This document shows, one piece after another, positions 1-8,700 of a stretch of DNA of 43,534 nucleotides. Origin of the DNA: Planctomycetota bacterium (GTDB lineage Bacteria > Planctomycetota > PUPC01 > DSUN01); contig VGYV01000002.1 in the NCBI GenBank assembly GCA_016872855.1, forward strand, positions 1-43,534. The letters run 5' to 3'. Positions within the stretch are counted from its first letter, which is position 1. Each line of letters starts with the position of its first letter. The position numbers and the translations under genes were made by a program. The notes beneath the pieces were generated by a model, which made no database searches, was not told the DNA's origin, and worked only from the letters and a program-made list of their open reading frames with translations.

Positions 1-137
1 GCGGAAGGGGCGCGCTGTCGTGCCGCCCCGTCGGGGCTGGCCGCTCTCCACCAGCGATCCGGCGGCTTACGCCGCCGGCTAGAGCCTTGCGTCCCTTCGG
101 GACTTCAGAGGTGGTGAGAAATGCGGGCTAAAGGCAG

Positions 138-170
138 GACTCCCAACAGGTTACGAACTCGTTGGGAGTC
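138..170 (-). terminator. Stem-loop just downstream of the 196..2913 gene (candidate intrinsic terminator)
   Basis: Perfect 10-bp inverted repeat GACTCCCAAC (138-147) / GTTGGGAGTC (161-170) with a 13-nt loop, about 25 nt past the minus-strand stop at 196-198. The following tract on the minus strand is only moderately T-rich. A second GC hairpin, CCGGCGGC-TTAC-GCCGCCGG, lies at 59-78. Confidence 0.4.
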
Positions 171-195
171 ACGCCTTCAGGCGGAATGCCCTCGC

Positions 196-2913
196 TCAGG
201 CGATGAGGGCGAGGAGGACGCCGCAGCCAAGGGTAAGTATGGTGCCGCCCAATCCGACCAGGTTGCCCACCAGCCGCCTCGTGGCCGCGGGGTCGGGGGT
301 GCCCTCCCCTTCCCTGGCCGCGGGCGGCAGGAGGGCTAGGGTGAGGAGGCCGAGGACGCTGGCCGAGCCGAACCAGGCGAAGGGGTTGTAGCCCTTCCGC
401 ATCGCGAGGCAGGCCGCCACGCCGCCCAGGCCGAGCCAGGCAAGGAGGCCCAGGAGGCCCATGCCGCCCGGGGACGGCCGGGTGAGGAACGCCATCGGGG
501 TGAAGGGCGCGGCGGCCGCGCCGAGGCCGAAGCTGTCCACGGCGCCGACCGCCTTGAACAGCTCATCCCGCTCCTTCAGCACGTCCACCAGGTTGCTGTA
601 GTCGTCGGTCCAGAGCACGCGGCGGGCGAGGAGGCGCCGGGCTCCCGGGTCCTTCTTGAGTTCCTCTTCGTGTTCCTCGACGACCTCGCAGATGGCCTCG
701 CAGTCGAGGAAGGCGCGGTTGTTGGTGACGAGGATCCAGGTGGCCGGGTCCAAGCGCTTCTCCCTGTCGGACTCGGATTCGACGATGACTGCCTCGTAGT
801 CGAAGTGCTTGGCGAGGGCGAGGACGACGGGTTCGAGGTCGAGGTAGCGGTTGGAGATGTGGACGGCGAGGACGCCGTCGGGCTTGACCTGGCGGTTGAG
901 ATAGACGTCGAATGCCTCGCGGGTGAGGAGGTGGATGGGAATGGCGTCGCTGGAGAAGGCATCGAGGGCCAGCACGTCGAAGCGCTGGGCCTCCTGGCCT
1001 TCAAGGGTGAGGCGAGCGTCGCCGAGGCAGACCTTGACGTCGGCCCCCCTGGCCTCGGCGTCTTCGAGGTAGTGGAACCACTTGGGGTTTCTGGCGATGC
1101 GTTCCACGGACGGGTTGATCTCATAGAAGCGATAGTAGTCGCCCTTGACGGCATAGGCGGCGATGGTGCCGGTGCCGAGTCCGACGACTCCGACGCGGAG
1201 CTGGCCCGAGCCGGGTTCGCGGGGGAGGTTGAGGATGGCGAGGCCGACGCCGCTCTTGCGGCCGTAGTAGGAGGTGGGCCAGAGGCGCCGCTCCTCGTCG
1301 GCGAACTGGTTGCCGTGCGAGATGCGGCCATTCTGGAGGCTGAAGTAGTGGCGCTCGCGGTCGTACTCGCCTTCTGGATGGAGCTCGGTGTACTTGAGCT
1401 TGCTGTACTCGCTGACGCGCAGGACGCCGTAGAAGTTGCGGGATAGGGAGAGGCAGTCCTTGATCGTGTGGTCGGCGGACTTCTTGAGTCCGAAGGCGAG
1501 AGCGACGAGGAGGCCGGCGAAGGCGGGGAAATAGAGGATGACCCACCACTTCTCGGCCCAGTCCCGGTGTGGCTTGCGGTCGGCCCAGAACGCCGCCATC
1601 GCCAGGGCGCAGCAGAGCCAGAGGCCAATGTGGAGCTCGAGGTAGGTGGGGAACACGCGCGGCGCGACGAGAGACACGAGCACGCCTCCCAGCGCACCTC
1701 CCGCCGACGAGAGGAGGTAGAAGGAGGTGAGGTAGCGGGGGTTGGGCTTGAGGCGCACCAGCTCGCCGTGGCAGACCATGCAGCAGACGAAGAGTGCGAT
1801 GGAGAGGCCGATGATCTGGCCGAGAATCGTCACGTCCACGCCCTTGTTGAGGACCCAGGGCACGCCGCCCAGGATGAGGCAGACGGGCTCGCTAGAGCCC
1901 AGGTCGTCCCCGAGGTAGTCCTTGCCGTGGACGAATTTCCAGGCGAACCTGGAGAAGTCCACCGCCTCACCGAAGTCCGGCTCCTTTGCAGGCTTGCCGA
2001 AGGCGACCTTGACGGGCAGCCGCACAACCTGGCGGGTGAACTCGATGCCGCCCATCGCCAGGAAGAGGAGCGCCCACCAGACGTAGCGCGGATACCACCG
2101 CGTGCTGTGGAAGCAGAGGATGAAGGAGAGGAGGTAGACCGTGAGCGGGAGGACCCAGAGGAAGGGCACGATCGCCACGTCGGCGCACATCTGATTCGTC
2201 ACGGCAAGCAGCAGGAGCGAGCCGCAGGCGGTGAGCGCCACCCACAGGATGCGGGTGCCGATGCCCGGCGGCCCCTCCGCCTCTCCCCTGCCCTCCTCTG
2301 ATGTCTTCTGTCTGCCCTCTGCCGTCTGCCGTCTGTCGTCTGCCTTGGCCGTCCGCCACGCGCAGTAGCTTGCCGCGAGCGCGAAGAGCGCGAAGCCGAT
2401 GGACCAGATGACGGCCTGTGTGCGGAGCGCGAAGGCGGGCTCGAAGAGGAACGGGTAGCTCAGGAGGGCCAGGAGCGAGCCGACGTTCGACAGGGCATAG
2501 AGGCGATAGGGCGAGCGCTGCGGGTGGGCGACGCTGAACCAGGCCTGGAGGAGCGGGCTGGTGGTGGCGAGCATCAGGTAGGGCAGGCCCACGCTGGCGG
2601 CGAGGAGGAGCAGGATGCCCCACGTCGGGTCGCTCGCGGGGTCGGGCTTCCAGCGTGGGAGGATGGGCAGGGTGGCCGCGGCGGCGACGAGGAGGGCGAT
2701 GTGGATGATCATCTGCTTGCGCTGCGGCAGCTTCGTCCGTAGGAGGTGGGCGTAGGCGTAGCCCCCCAGGAGCAGCACCTGGAAGAAGAGCATGCACGCG
2801 GTCCACACCGCCGGCCCCCCGCCGAACCAGGGGAGGATGAACTTGCCAATGAGCGGCTGAACCTCGAAGAGGAGAAAGGCGCCGAGGAAGATGGCGACCG
2901 CATACTGAAGCAA
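196..2913 (-). CDS. Polytopic membrane protein fused to a spermidine-synthase-like (class I SAM-dependent transferase fold) domain
   Basis: ORF 196..3078. The N-terminal region has many TM helices (LLQYAVAIFLGAFLLFEVQPLIGKFILPWFGGGPAVWTACMLFFQ...). The C-terminal core is VGVVGLGTGTIAAYAVKGDYYRFYEINP...FDVLALDAFSSDAIPIHLLTREAF...PDGVLAVHISNRYLDL, followed by extra TM helices. Start placed at TTG 2913, preceded by AAGGAGG (2919-2925), because the upstream part of the ORF overlaps the ThiF-like gene that stops at 2927. Confidence 0.8.
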   Translation of the reverse strand: MLQYAVAIFLGAFLLFEVQPLIGKFILPWFGGGPAVWTACMLFFQVLLLGGYAYAHLLRTKLPQRKQMIIHIALLVAAAATLPILPRWKPDPASDPTWGILLLLAASVGLPYLMLATTSPLLQAWFSVAHPQRSPYRLYALSNVGSLLALLSYPFLFEPAFALRTQAVIWSIGFALFALAASYCAWRTAKADDRRQTAEGRQKTSEEGRGEAEGPPGIGTRILWVALTACGSLLLLAVTNQMCADVAIVPFLWVLPLTVYLLSFILCFHSTRWYPRYVWWALLFLAMGGIEFTRQVVRLPVKVAFGKPAKEPDFGEAVDFSRFAWKFVHGKDYLGDDLGSSEPVCLILGGVPWVLNKGVDVTILGQIIGLSIALFVCCMVCHGELVRLKPNPRYLTSFYLLSSAGGALGGVLVSLVAPRVFPTYLELHIGLWLCCALAMAAFWADRKPHRDWAEKWWVILYFPAFAGLLVALAFGLKKSADHTIKDCLSLSRNFYGVLRVSEYSKLKYTELHPEGEYDRERHYFSLQNGRISHGNQFADEERRLWPTSYYGRKSGVGLAILNLPREPGSGQLRVGVVGLGTGTIAAYAVKGDYYRFYEINPSVERIARNPKWFHYLEDAEARGADVKVCLGDARLTLEGQEAQRFDVLALDAFSSDAIPIHLLTREAFDVYLNRQVKPDGVLAVHISNRYLDLEPVVLALAKHFDYEAVIVESESDREKRLDPATWILVTNNRAFLDCEAICEVVEEHEEELKKDPGARRLLARRVLWTDDYSNLVDVLKERDELFKAVGAVDSFGLGAAAAPFTPMAFLTRPSPGGMGLLGLLAWLGLGGVAACLAMRKGYNPFAWFGSASVLGLLTLALLPPAAREGEGTPDPAATRRLVGNLVGLGGTILTLGCGVLLALIA

Positions 2914-2926
2914 CGGAGCCTCCTTG

Positions 2927-3763
2927 TCAGTGCCCGCAGGCGGGGCAATCGGGGCGGCGCGGGATGCGCACGCCGGAGAAATCGAGGTCCCATACGTCCA
3001 GGAGCAAGGCTTGGTCGCCCAGCTCCAATGCCCCAACGAGAAGGCGGAGCGCCAGGCTGCATTGAAGGGCGCCGACAACGGCCGTGGTGGAGTTGAGGAT
3101 GCCAGCCGTCGCGGCCGTGGGCGTGGTGCCCGGAGCCGGCAGCTCGGCCAGGAGGCAGCGATAGCAGGGCGTCCGCCCCGGAATAATGGGCATCACGAAG
3201 CCTGTTGAGCCGACGGCGCCCCCCACAATCCAGGGCGTGCCGGTCTTGAGGCATACGGCGTTGATGAGCGAGCGGGTCTGAACGTTGTCCGTCCCATCCA
3301 TCACGAGGTCGAAGCCAGCGAGGAGCGACTCGACGTTCGCCGCCGTGACCTCGCACACCTGGGCGTCGAGCGCGACGGAGGAGTTGATCTCGCGGAGTTG
3401 TTCGACGGCGGCGATGGCCTTCGGCGTTCGCTCGCGCGCGTGGCCTTCGTGGAAGAGCACCTGACGCTGAAGGTTGTCCAGCTCCACCACGTCGCGGTCA
3501 ACGATGCGGAGGCTTCCGACGCCGGAACGGACGAGGTTGTTGGCGATGTTGGTGCCGAGCGCTCCGCATCCGACAAGGACGACCGAGGCCGCGGAGATGC
3601 GGCGCTGGCCGTCGGGGCCAATGAGGTCAAGAATCTCCTGGCGAATGTACCGCGAGCCGTTCAATGTCGTGCGCTCACTGCCAGTGGAACTCGTGCCTGA
3701 CGCGTGACCCGTGACGCGTGACACGAGATGGGACCGCCCCGATTTTCTCTGATCACGCGTCAC
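2927..3763 (-). CDS. ThiF/MoeB/HesA-family E1-like adenylyltransferase (probably molybdopterin-synthase adenylyltransferase, given its neighbours)
   Basis: RYIRQEILDLIGPDGQRRI...VVLVGCGALGTNIANNLVRSGVGSLRIVDRDVVELDNLQRQ is the Rossmann/ATP motif. Two CxxC pairs (CYRC, CPAC) sit near the C-terminus. The maximal ORF starts at GTG 3763. TTG 3664 (MNGSRYIRQ...) is an equally plausible start and would leave the 3698-3777 hairpin intergenic. Confidence 0.8.
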   Translation of the reverse strand: MTRDQRKSGRSHLVSRVTGHASGTSSTGSERTTLNGSRYIRQEILDLIGPDGQRRISAASVVLVGCGALGTNIANNLVRSGVGSLRIVDRDVVELDNLQRQVLFHEGHARERTPKAIAAVEQLREINSSVALDAQVCEVTAANVESLLAGFDLVMDGTDNVQTRSLINAVCLKTGTPWIVGGAVGSTGFVMPIIPGRTPCYRCLLAELPAPGTTPTAATAGILNSTTAVVGALQCSLALRLLVGALELGDQALLLDVWDLDFSGVRIPRRPDCPACGH

Positions 3764-3777
3764 GCGTCACGCGTCTC
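3698..3777. repeat. Long imperfect inverted repeat built from GTGACGC heptamers (ACGCGT cores) at the junction of two MoCo genes
   Basis: Left arm TGACGCGTGACCCGTGACGCGTGA (3698-3722). The right arm (3751-3777) is GATCACGCGTCACGCGTCACGCGTCTC, whose reverse complement matches the left arm over about 23 nt with one mismatch. The loop is about 30 nt. The right arm covers the stop codon (3767-3769) of the MOSC-MoaB gene. Confidence 0.7.
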
Positions 3778-4720
3778 TCCTCAGTCGCCCGCACTCCGCC
3801 GGGTCGCCTCTCAGCTTGGCGAGGCCGTGGGGGAGGGCGGGAAGGATGGCCTCCAGATTCTCGGTCGCTCCGCGCTCGGAGCCTGGGAGGGCGATGATGA
3901 GGGTCTTCTTGCGGATGCCCGAGGCGCCGCGCGAGAGCATCGCGTGAGGCGTCTTGGCCAGCGAGGCGGCGCGCATCGCCTCGTCGAGGCCGGGCGTCGG
4001 GCGGTCCAGGACGGCCCGCGTCGCCTCAGGCGTCACGTCGCGCGGCGAGAAGCCTGTGCCGCCCACCGTGACCACCAGGTCAATGCTGTGGCCGTCGCAG
4101 TAGTGCCGGAGCCGTTCCTCGATGAGCGGCCGCTCGTCCGGGATGATCTCGGCGGCGAACACGTGGGCGCCCAACTCGCCGGCCAGGAGGCGCGCGACGG
4201 CCGGGCCGGCCGTGTCCATCGTCTCCCCCCGCGAACAGCGGTCGCTGATGGTGAGGACCACGGCCTGGAACAGCGCGCGTGGGACCGCCTCGACGACCTC
4301 AACGGCATCGCCTGCTGCCACCTCGCCGCCCTTCACAACGCGGGCGAAGAGGCCGCGGCGCGGCATCAGGCAGTCGCCCAGCCGCTCGAAGACTGTGCAG
4401 CGATGGCCGTGGCACTCTTTGCCGACTTGCGTGACCTCAAGCTCTGCCTCGGCCCCCAGCCGCAGGCGGCTTCCGAGGCCGAGCGTGCCGAAGTCGAGGC
4501 CAGAGACAAGGACGTTTTCCGCGAAGGCGCCGGGCTTGAGGTCGGGCAGGCGCTCCCGCCACTCCTCGGCCTCCTCGGCGGAGAGGAGGCTCACCTGGCG
4601 GTGCCACTCGCCCGCGTGCGCGTCGCCCTGGATGCCGTGGTTTGCCACGAAGAGAGCGCGCTCCACAGCGTGCTTTGGCTCCCCCTTCGACTGGCTGACA
4701 CACAGGGCTTCGATGCGCAT
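3767..4720 (-). CDS. MOSC domain fused to a MoaB/MogA-type molybdenum cofactor biosynthesis domain
   Basis: The N-terminal half is MOSC-like (GIQGDAHAG...RQVSLLSAEE...GAFAENVLVSGLD...LEVTQVGKECH). The C-terminal half is MoaB/Mog-like (VVLTISDRCSRGE..DTAGP...DLVVTVGGTGFSPRDVTPEAT...PGLDEAMR...AMLSRGASGIRKKTLIIALPGS). ATG at 4720 lies 3 nt after the moaC stop. Confidence 0.85.
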   Translation of the reverse strand: MRIEALCVSQSKGEPKHAVERALFVANHGIQGDAHAGEWHRQVSLLSAEEAEEWRERLPDLKPGAFAENVLVSGLDFGTLGLGSRLRLGAEAELEVTQVGKECHGHRCTVFERLGDCLMPRRGLFARVVKGGEVAAGDAVEVVEAVPRALFQAVVLTISDRCSRGETMDTAGPAVARLLAGELGAHVFAAEIIPDERPLIEERLRHYCDGHSIDLVVTVGGTGFSPRDVTPEATRAVLDRPTPGLDEAMRAASLAKTPHAMLSRGASGIRKKTLIIALPGSERGATENLEAILPALPHGLAKLRGDPAECGRLRRDA

Positions 4721-4723
4721 CGG

Positions 4724-5209
4724 CTAATGTTCCCGCATCCAATGGCCGCTCTTGCCGCCCGACTTCTCCAGCAACCGCACGTTGCGGATTTCAATGGCCT
4801 TTGAGAGGGCCTTGCACATGTCGTACACCGTCAGGGCGGCCACCGCGGCCGCCGTCAACGCCTCCATCTCGACCCCCGTCTTGCCCGTCACCGCTGCCTC
4901 AGCGCGGATTCGCACCTCTTCACCACGCAGTTCGAGGTCCACCGCCACGTGCTCGACGGGCAGCGGGTGGCACAGGGGGATCAGGTCGCCCGTCCGCTTC
5001 GCCGCCTGGATGCCGGCGATGCGAGCGGTCTCGAAGACGGGGCCTTTCGCCACGGAGTTCGTGCGAATGGCCTCGGCCACGTCGCGCCCAACACGGACCA
5101 CGGCCTCGGCCACGGCTCGGCGACGCGTCGCCCGCTTGCCCGACACGTCCACCATTCGGGCCGTGCCTGCCGCATCCACATGGCTGAACGTCGCCCGACG
5201 GCTGCCCAT
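4724..5209 (-). CDS. moaC: Cyclic pyranopterin monophosphate synthase MoaC
   Basis: MVDVSGK..T.R.A.A...V...I......[34 protein letters not shown]...[28 protein letters not shown] is the classical MoaC signature. Start set at ATG 5209 ([12 protein letters not shown]...). The Arg/Pro-rich ORF extension to 5380 overlaps the next gene and looks non-coding. Confidence 0.9.
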   Translation of the reverse strand: MGSRRATFSHVDAAGTARMVDVSGKRATRRRAVAEAVVRVGRDVAEAIRTNSVAKGPVFETARIAGIQAAKRTGDLIPLCHPLPVEHVAVDLELRGEEVRIRAEAAVTGKTGVEMEALTAAAVAALTVYDMCKALSKAIEIRNVRLLEKSGGKSGHWMREH

Positions 5210-5217
5210 AGCCGCGC

Positions 5218-5400
5218 CTACTTGCTGACCAGGCCCAGGAAACGAAGCATGGTGATGAAGCCCATCACCACGAGGACCAGCGCCATCAGGCCGATGGGCA
5301 CCACGGCGACGAGGTACAGCGCCCAGTCCTTGCCGCTCCACTTCGTATTGCCCTCGAACTCGTGCCCGCACTCGGGGCACTTCACCTTACGGCTCGGCAT
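5218..5400 (-). CDS. Small zinc-ribbon protein with a C-terminal TM helix
   Basis: [60 protein letters not shown]: one CxxC, then a hydrophobic helix. ATG at 5400. High G/C at third positions. Confidence 0.55.
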   Translation of the reverse strand: MPSRKVKCPECGHEFEGNTKWSGKDWALYLVAVVPIGLMALVLVVMGFITMLRFLGLVSK

Positions 5401-5535
5401 GCCCGGTCTCCTGTGCTTTGGCGAAGCCGGTCGTGCCCACAGTATAGGCCGCCGGCCCGCGGCGGTCAACTCTGACGGCGTTTGACTCGCGCCCGCCCCT
5501 TCGGTAGCCTGTGTGCCTATCGAGGAGAACCGCCC

Positions 5536-5727
5536 ATGAGCTACTGCAAGTACTGCGGCGCCTGGCAGGTGTATGTCAGCAAGTCCGACACCTGCAAGAA
5601 GTGTGGCAAGGAGCAGACCGACCCCGCCGAACTGGCCTGGTACTGCTCCCTGTGCGGCAAGTTCGAGTACCTGGGCGATGAGAAGGACATCTGCGCCGAG
5701 TGCGCGCGCAAGCAGGGGAGGAAGTGA
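5536..5727 (+). CDS. Small double zinc-ribbon protein (four CxxC motifs)
   Basis: GAGGAGA then ATG 5536. Sequence: MSYCKYCGAWQVYVSKSDTCKKCGKEQTDPAELAWYCSLCGKFEYLGDEKDICAECARKQGRK. Its TGA (5725-5727) is followed at 5729 by the GTG of the next gene (GTGACGTG junction). Confidence 0.6.
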   Translation: MSYCKYCGAWQVYVSKSDTCKKCGKEQTDPAELAWYCSLCGKFEYLGDEKDICAECARKQGRK

Positions 5728-5728
5728 C

Positions 5729-8700
5729 GTGCCCCGTGGCTCTCATTCGTGGCGGCTGGTGGCGATAACGGTGCTGATGCTCTGTGGGGCAGCGCCCAAG
5801 GGGCTGGCCGCCGGGCCGGAGAGGCATGCCTTTGCGTGCGACTTCACGAAGGGCCTCGGCAAGGAATGGCGAATGATCGGAGGAAAGTGGGAGCTGAAAG
5901 GGGGCTGCCTGAGCATGACCGACCCGGGGTCGTCGGACCCCACCAAGGCGCTCATCCTGATGGGCGAGGGGCACAATGTGTCGTCCGACGTCGTGATCAC
6001 CGCTAAGCTGCGCCTGGACGCCTGGGCAGGCGACGACTGGGCGCGCGCCGGCGTCGGCGTGTGCGCCGACCCCGCCAGCGGCCACGGACTCAACCTCGTG
6101 TTCCATCGGGGGAAGCTCGAGTTCGTGCACGACTACGTGGAGTGGGGGCCAGGCCGCGAGTTCCGCTTTCGGCCCGGCGAGTGGTACTGGATGACGCTGC
6201 ACAAGACGGCGACGGAGATGAGCGGCAAGGCCTGGCGGGAGGGCGAGCCCGAGCCCGCCGACTGGATGGTCATCTGGCGCAAGGACGTGGCGAAGGTCAC
6301 AGGATACCCCGCGCTGGTGGGGTGCTCGGCGAGCCCTGACAAGCGCGTCTCCGCTGTCTCATTCGCCCAGTGCGAGGTGAGGGTGGGCGGGGGCCCCTTC
6401 GGGTACTACATCAGGCAGGCGACATGGCACGAGACTCTGGCGGCCAGCAGGGAGGCCCTGGCCCGGCAGGAGGCCGAGCTGGCCGGCAAGTGGAAGGAGC
6501 CGCTCGGCGCCGCCAAGGCGCGGCGGGAGGGGCTGTGGGGCCTCCTCCAGCGTGACTTCGGCGGCGAAGCCCTGCGCGAGATGGCCGCCGAGCGGCAGGA
6601 CAACATCTGGGCCGAGGACTGGCCCTTCGACAAGCCCGCCGTGCTGGCCGAACGCTATGCCAACGCCACCCGGGCGGGGCTGGCCGCGCGGGCGCACGAG
6701 CTCGCCAAGAGCGTCAGGGAGCTTTCGGACCTCGAGCCCGTCCGCGAACTCTACTATCGCTCGAGGGAGGTCGAGAAGACGCTGGCCGGGTGGGGTGCGA
6801 ACGTCGAGGCGCTGCGGCGCGCCGTCGAGGACCTGACGCGCGCCTACGGCGCCGGGTATCCGAAAGGGCCTCAGTACCTGCGGCAGCTCTCAGAACTGCG
6901 GGACACGGTCGCCGGCGCCCTGCGGACGCCCGCACAGCCCGGGGACGCCGAGAAACTCCAGGACGCCGCGCAGCGGTTCGAGTCGCTCCGGCGCGAGGCC
7001 CTCCTCTCGAACCCGCTCCTGGATTTCGAGCGGCTGCTGCTCGTGAAGCGGAGGGATGCGAGGTCGTACCGGCCCATCCCCAGCTTCCGGGTCCACGGGA
7101 TCGGCAGCGGCCCAGAGAACCACCTCAACGGCTTGCCTGTAAACTTCCAGGGGAACGGCGTGTTGCGGGAGGTTCCCATTGACAACGAAATCGCCGTACT
7201 GTCGCTCGCCCGCGCGGGGGGAGAGCTCACGACCGTCTTCCGCCCGGAGAAGCTTGCTTACGTGGGGGACCTGAAGCTGCACTTCGACGCCGATCGCCTG
7301 CTCTTCTCCTCCATCGGCAGCCACAGCCGCTTCCAGATCTTCGAGATCGGCGTGGACGGCAAGGGCCTTCGCCAGGTGACACGGGGGGAGGAGACCGACG
7401 TGGACAACTACGACTCGTGTTACCTCGCCGACGGGCGAATCGTCTACGGCTCGTCGGCGCCCTTCCAGTCCGTCCCGTGCCAGCGCCGCCACGACGAGGT
7501 GGCCAACCTCTTCGTGATGAACGGCGACGGCTCGGGCGTGCGGCGCCTTTGCTTCGACCAGGACCACGACTTCTACCCCACGATGATGAGCGATGGCCGT
7601 GTCCTCTACACGCGATGGGAGTACACCGACATCGCGCACGCCTTCAGCGCGCGGCTCTTCACGATGAACCCGGATGGCACCGCCCAGCGGGCCTACTACG
7701 CGAGCAGCAGTTTCTGGCCGAACCGCATCTTCTACGCAAAGCCCATCCCCGACCATCCCACGAAGTTCGTCGGCATCATTACGGGCCATCACGGGGTCGC
7801 GCGGGCAGGGGAACTGATCCTGTTCGACGTGGCCAAGGGACGCCGCCAGGCGGACGGCGTTGTTCAGCGCATGCCAGGCTGGGGGAAGAAGGTGGAAGCG
7901 GTCCTGCGGGACGCGCTGGTGGATGGGTCCTGGCCGAAGTTCCTCCACCCCTATCCCCTGAGCGACAAGTACTTCCTCGTGGCCTGCCAGCCCACGAGCC
8001 AGGCGTGGTGGGGCATCTACCTTGTGGACATCTTCGACAACATGCTCCTGCTGCGCGAGGAGGAGGGCTGGATGCTCGTCGAGCCCGTGCCGCTGCGCCC
8101 GACGCCGCGCCCGCCCGTGATCCCCGACCGGGTGGACATCGAATCCAAGGAACCGACCGTTTACCTGTCGGACATCTACGCGGGAGAAGGCTTGAGGGGG
8201 ATTCCGCGCGGCACGGTCAAGAAGCTCCGGCTTTTCACCTACCACTTCAACTACTTCGGCACATCGGGCATCGAGGACTACCTGGGCATGGACGGCCCGT
8301 GGGATGTGCGGCGCGTGCTAGGCACGGTGCCCGTGGCGGAGGATGGCTCGGCCTACTTCAGCGTGCCGGCCAACACTCCCATCGCCCTCCAGCCGCTCGA
8401 CGCCGAGGGCAAGGCACTCCAGTTGATGCGAAGCTGGTTCACGGCCATGCCGGGCGAAGCGGTCTCTTGCATCGGCTGCCACGAGGACACGAACACCTCG
8501 CCGCCCGTGCAGCGCCCGAAGGCCCTGTCCGGCGAACCGTCCAGAATCAAGCCCTGGCATGGCCCAGTTCGGGGATTCAGTTGGGACCGAGAGGTCCAGC
8601 CCACGATTGACAAGTATTGCGTGGGCTGTCACGACGACAAGACGCCGCCCGACCTCCGGCGCGCCCCGCCGCGTCCATTCCCGCTCTCTTCGGCGCCGTT

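Noticed and set aside
59-110. Hairpins at 59-78 and 91-103, considered as members of the GGGGACATTC repeat family
   Set aside because: No sequence similarity to the family. They look like generic GC hairpins near the window edge, with too little context to interpret.
576-1697. 373-aa minus-strand ORF (plus 670..1446 and 1468..2301 on the plus strand) overlapping the spermidine-synthase-like gene
   Set aside because: Ser/Thr/Pro/Ala/Arg-rich low-complexity translations in alternative frames of a well-supported gene. This is typical high-GC off-frame noise.
4724-5380. Full-length 218-aa version of the MoaC ORF
   Set aside because: The first 57 codons are Arg/Gly/Pro-rich, overlap the 5218..5400 gene, and precede the conserved MoaC N-terminus. 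The internal ATG 5209 fits the family length.
6890-8245. 451-aa antisense ORF and 7417..8610 / 8617..9576 off-frame ORFs inside the 5729..9985 gene
   Set aside because: No recognisable motifs and a composition dominated by R/A/G/P. The sense frame carries clear domain signatures.
8468-8632. Calling the 5729..9985 product a c-type cytochrome
   Set aside because: Two CXXCH motifs alone are insufficient evidence. They could be metal or structural sites of the propeller family. The call is kept as a tentative note only.
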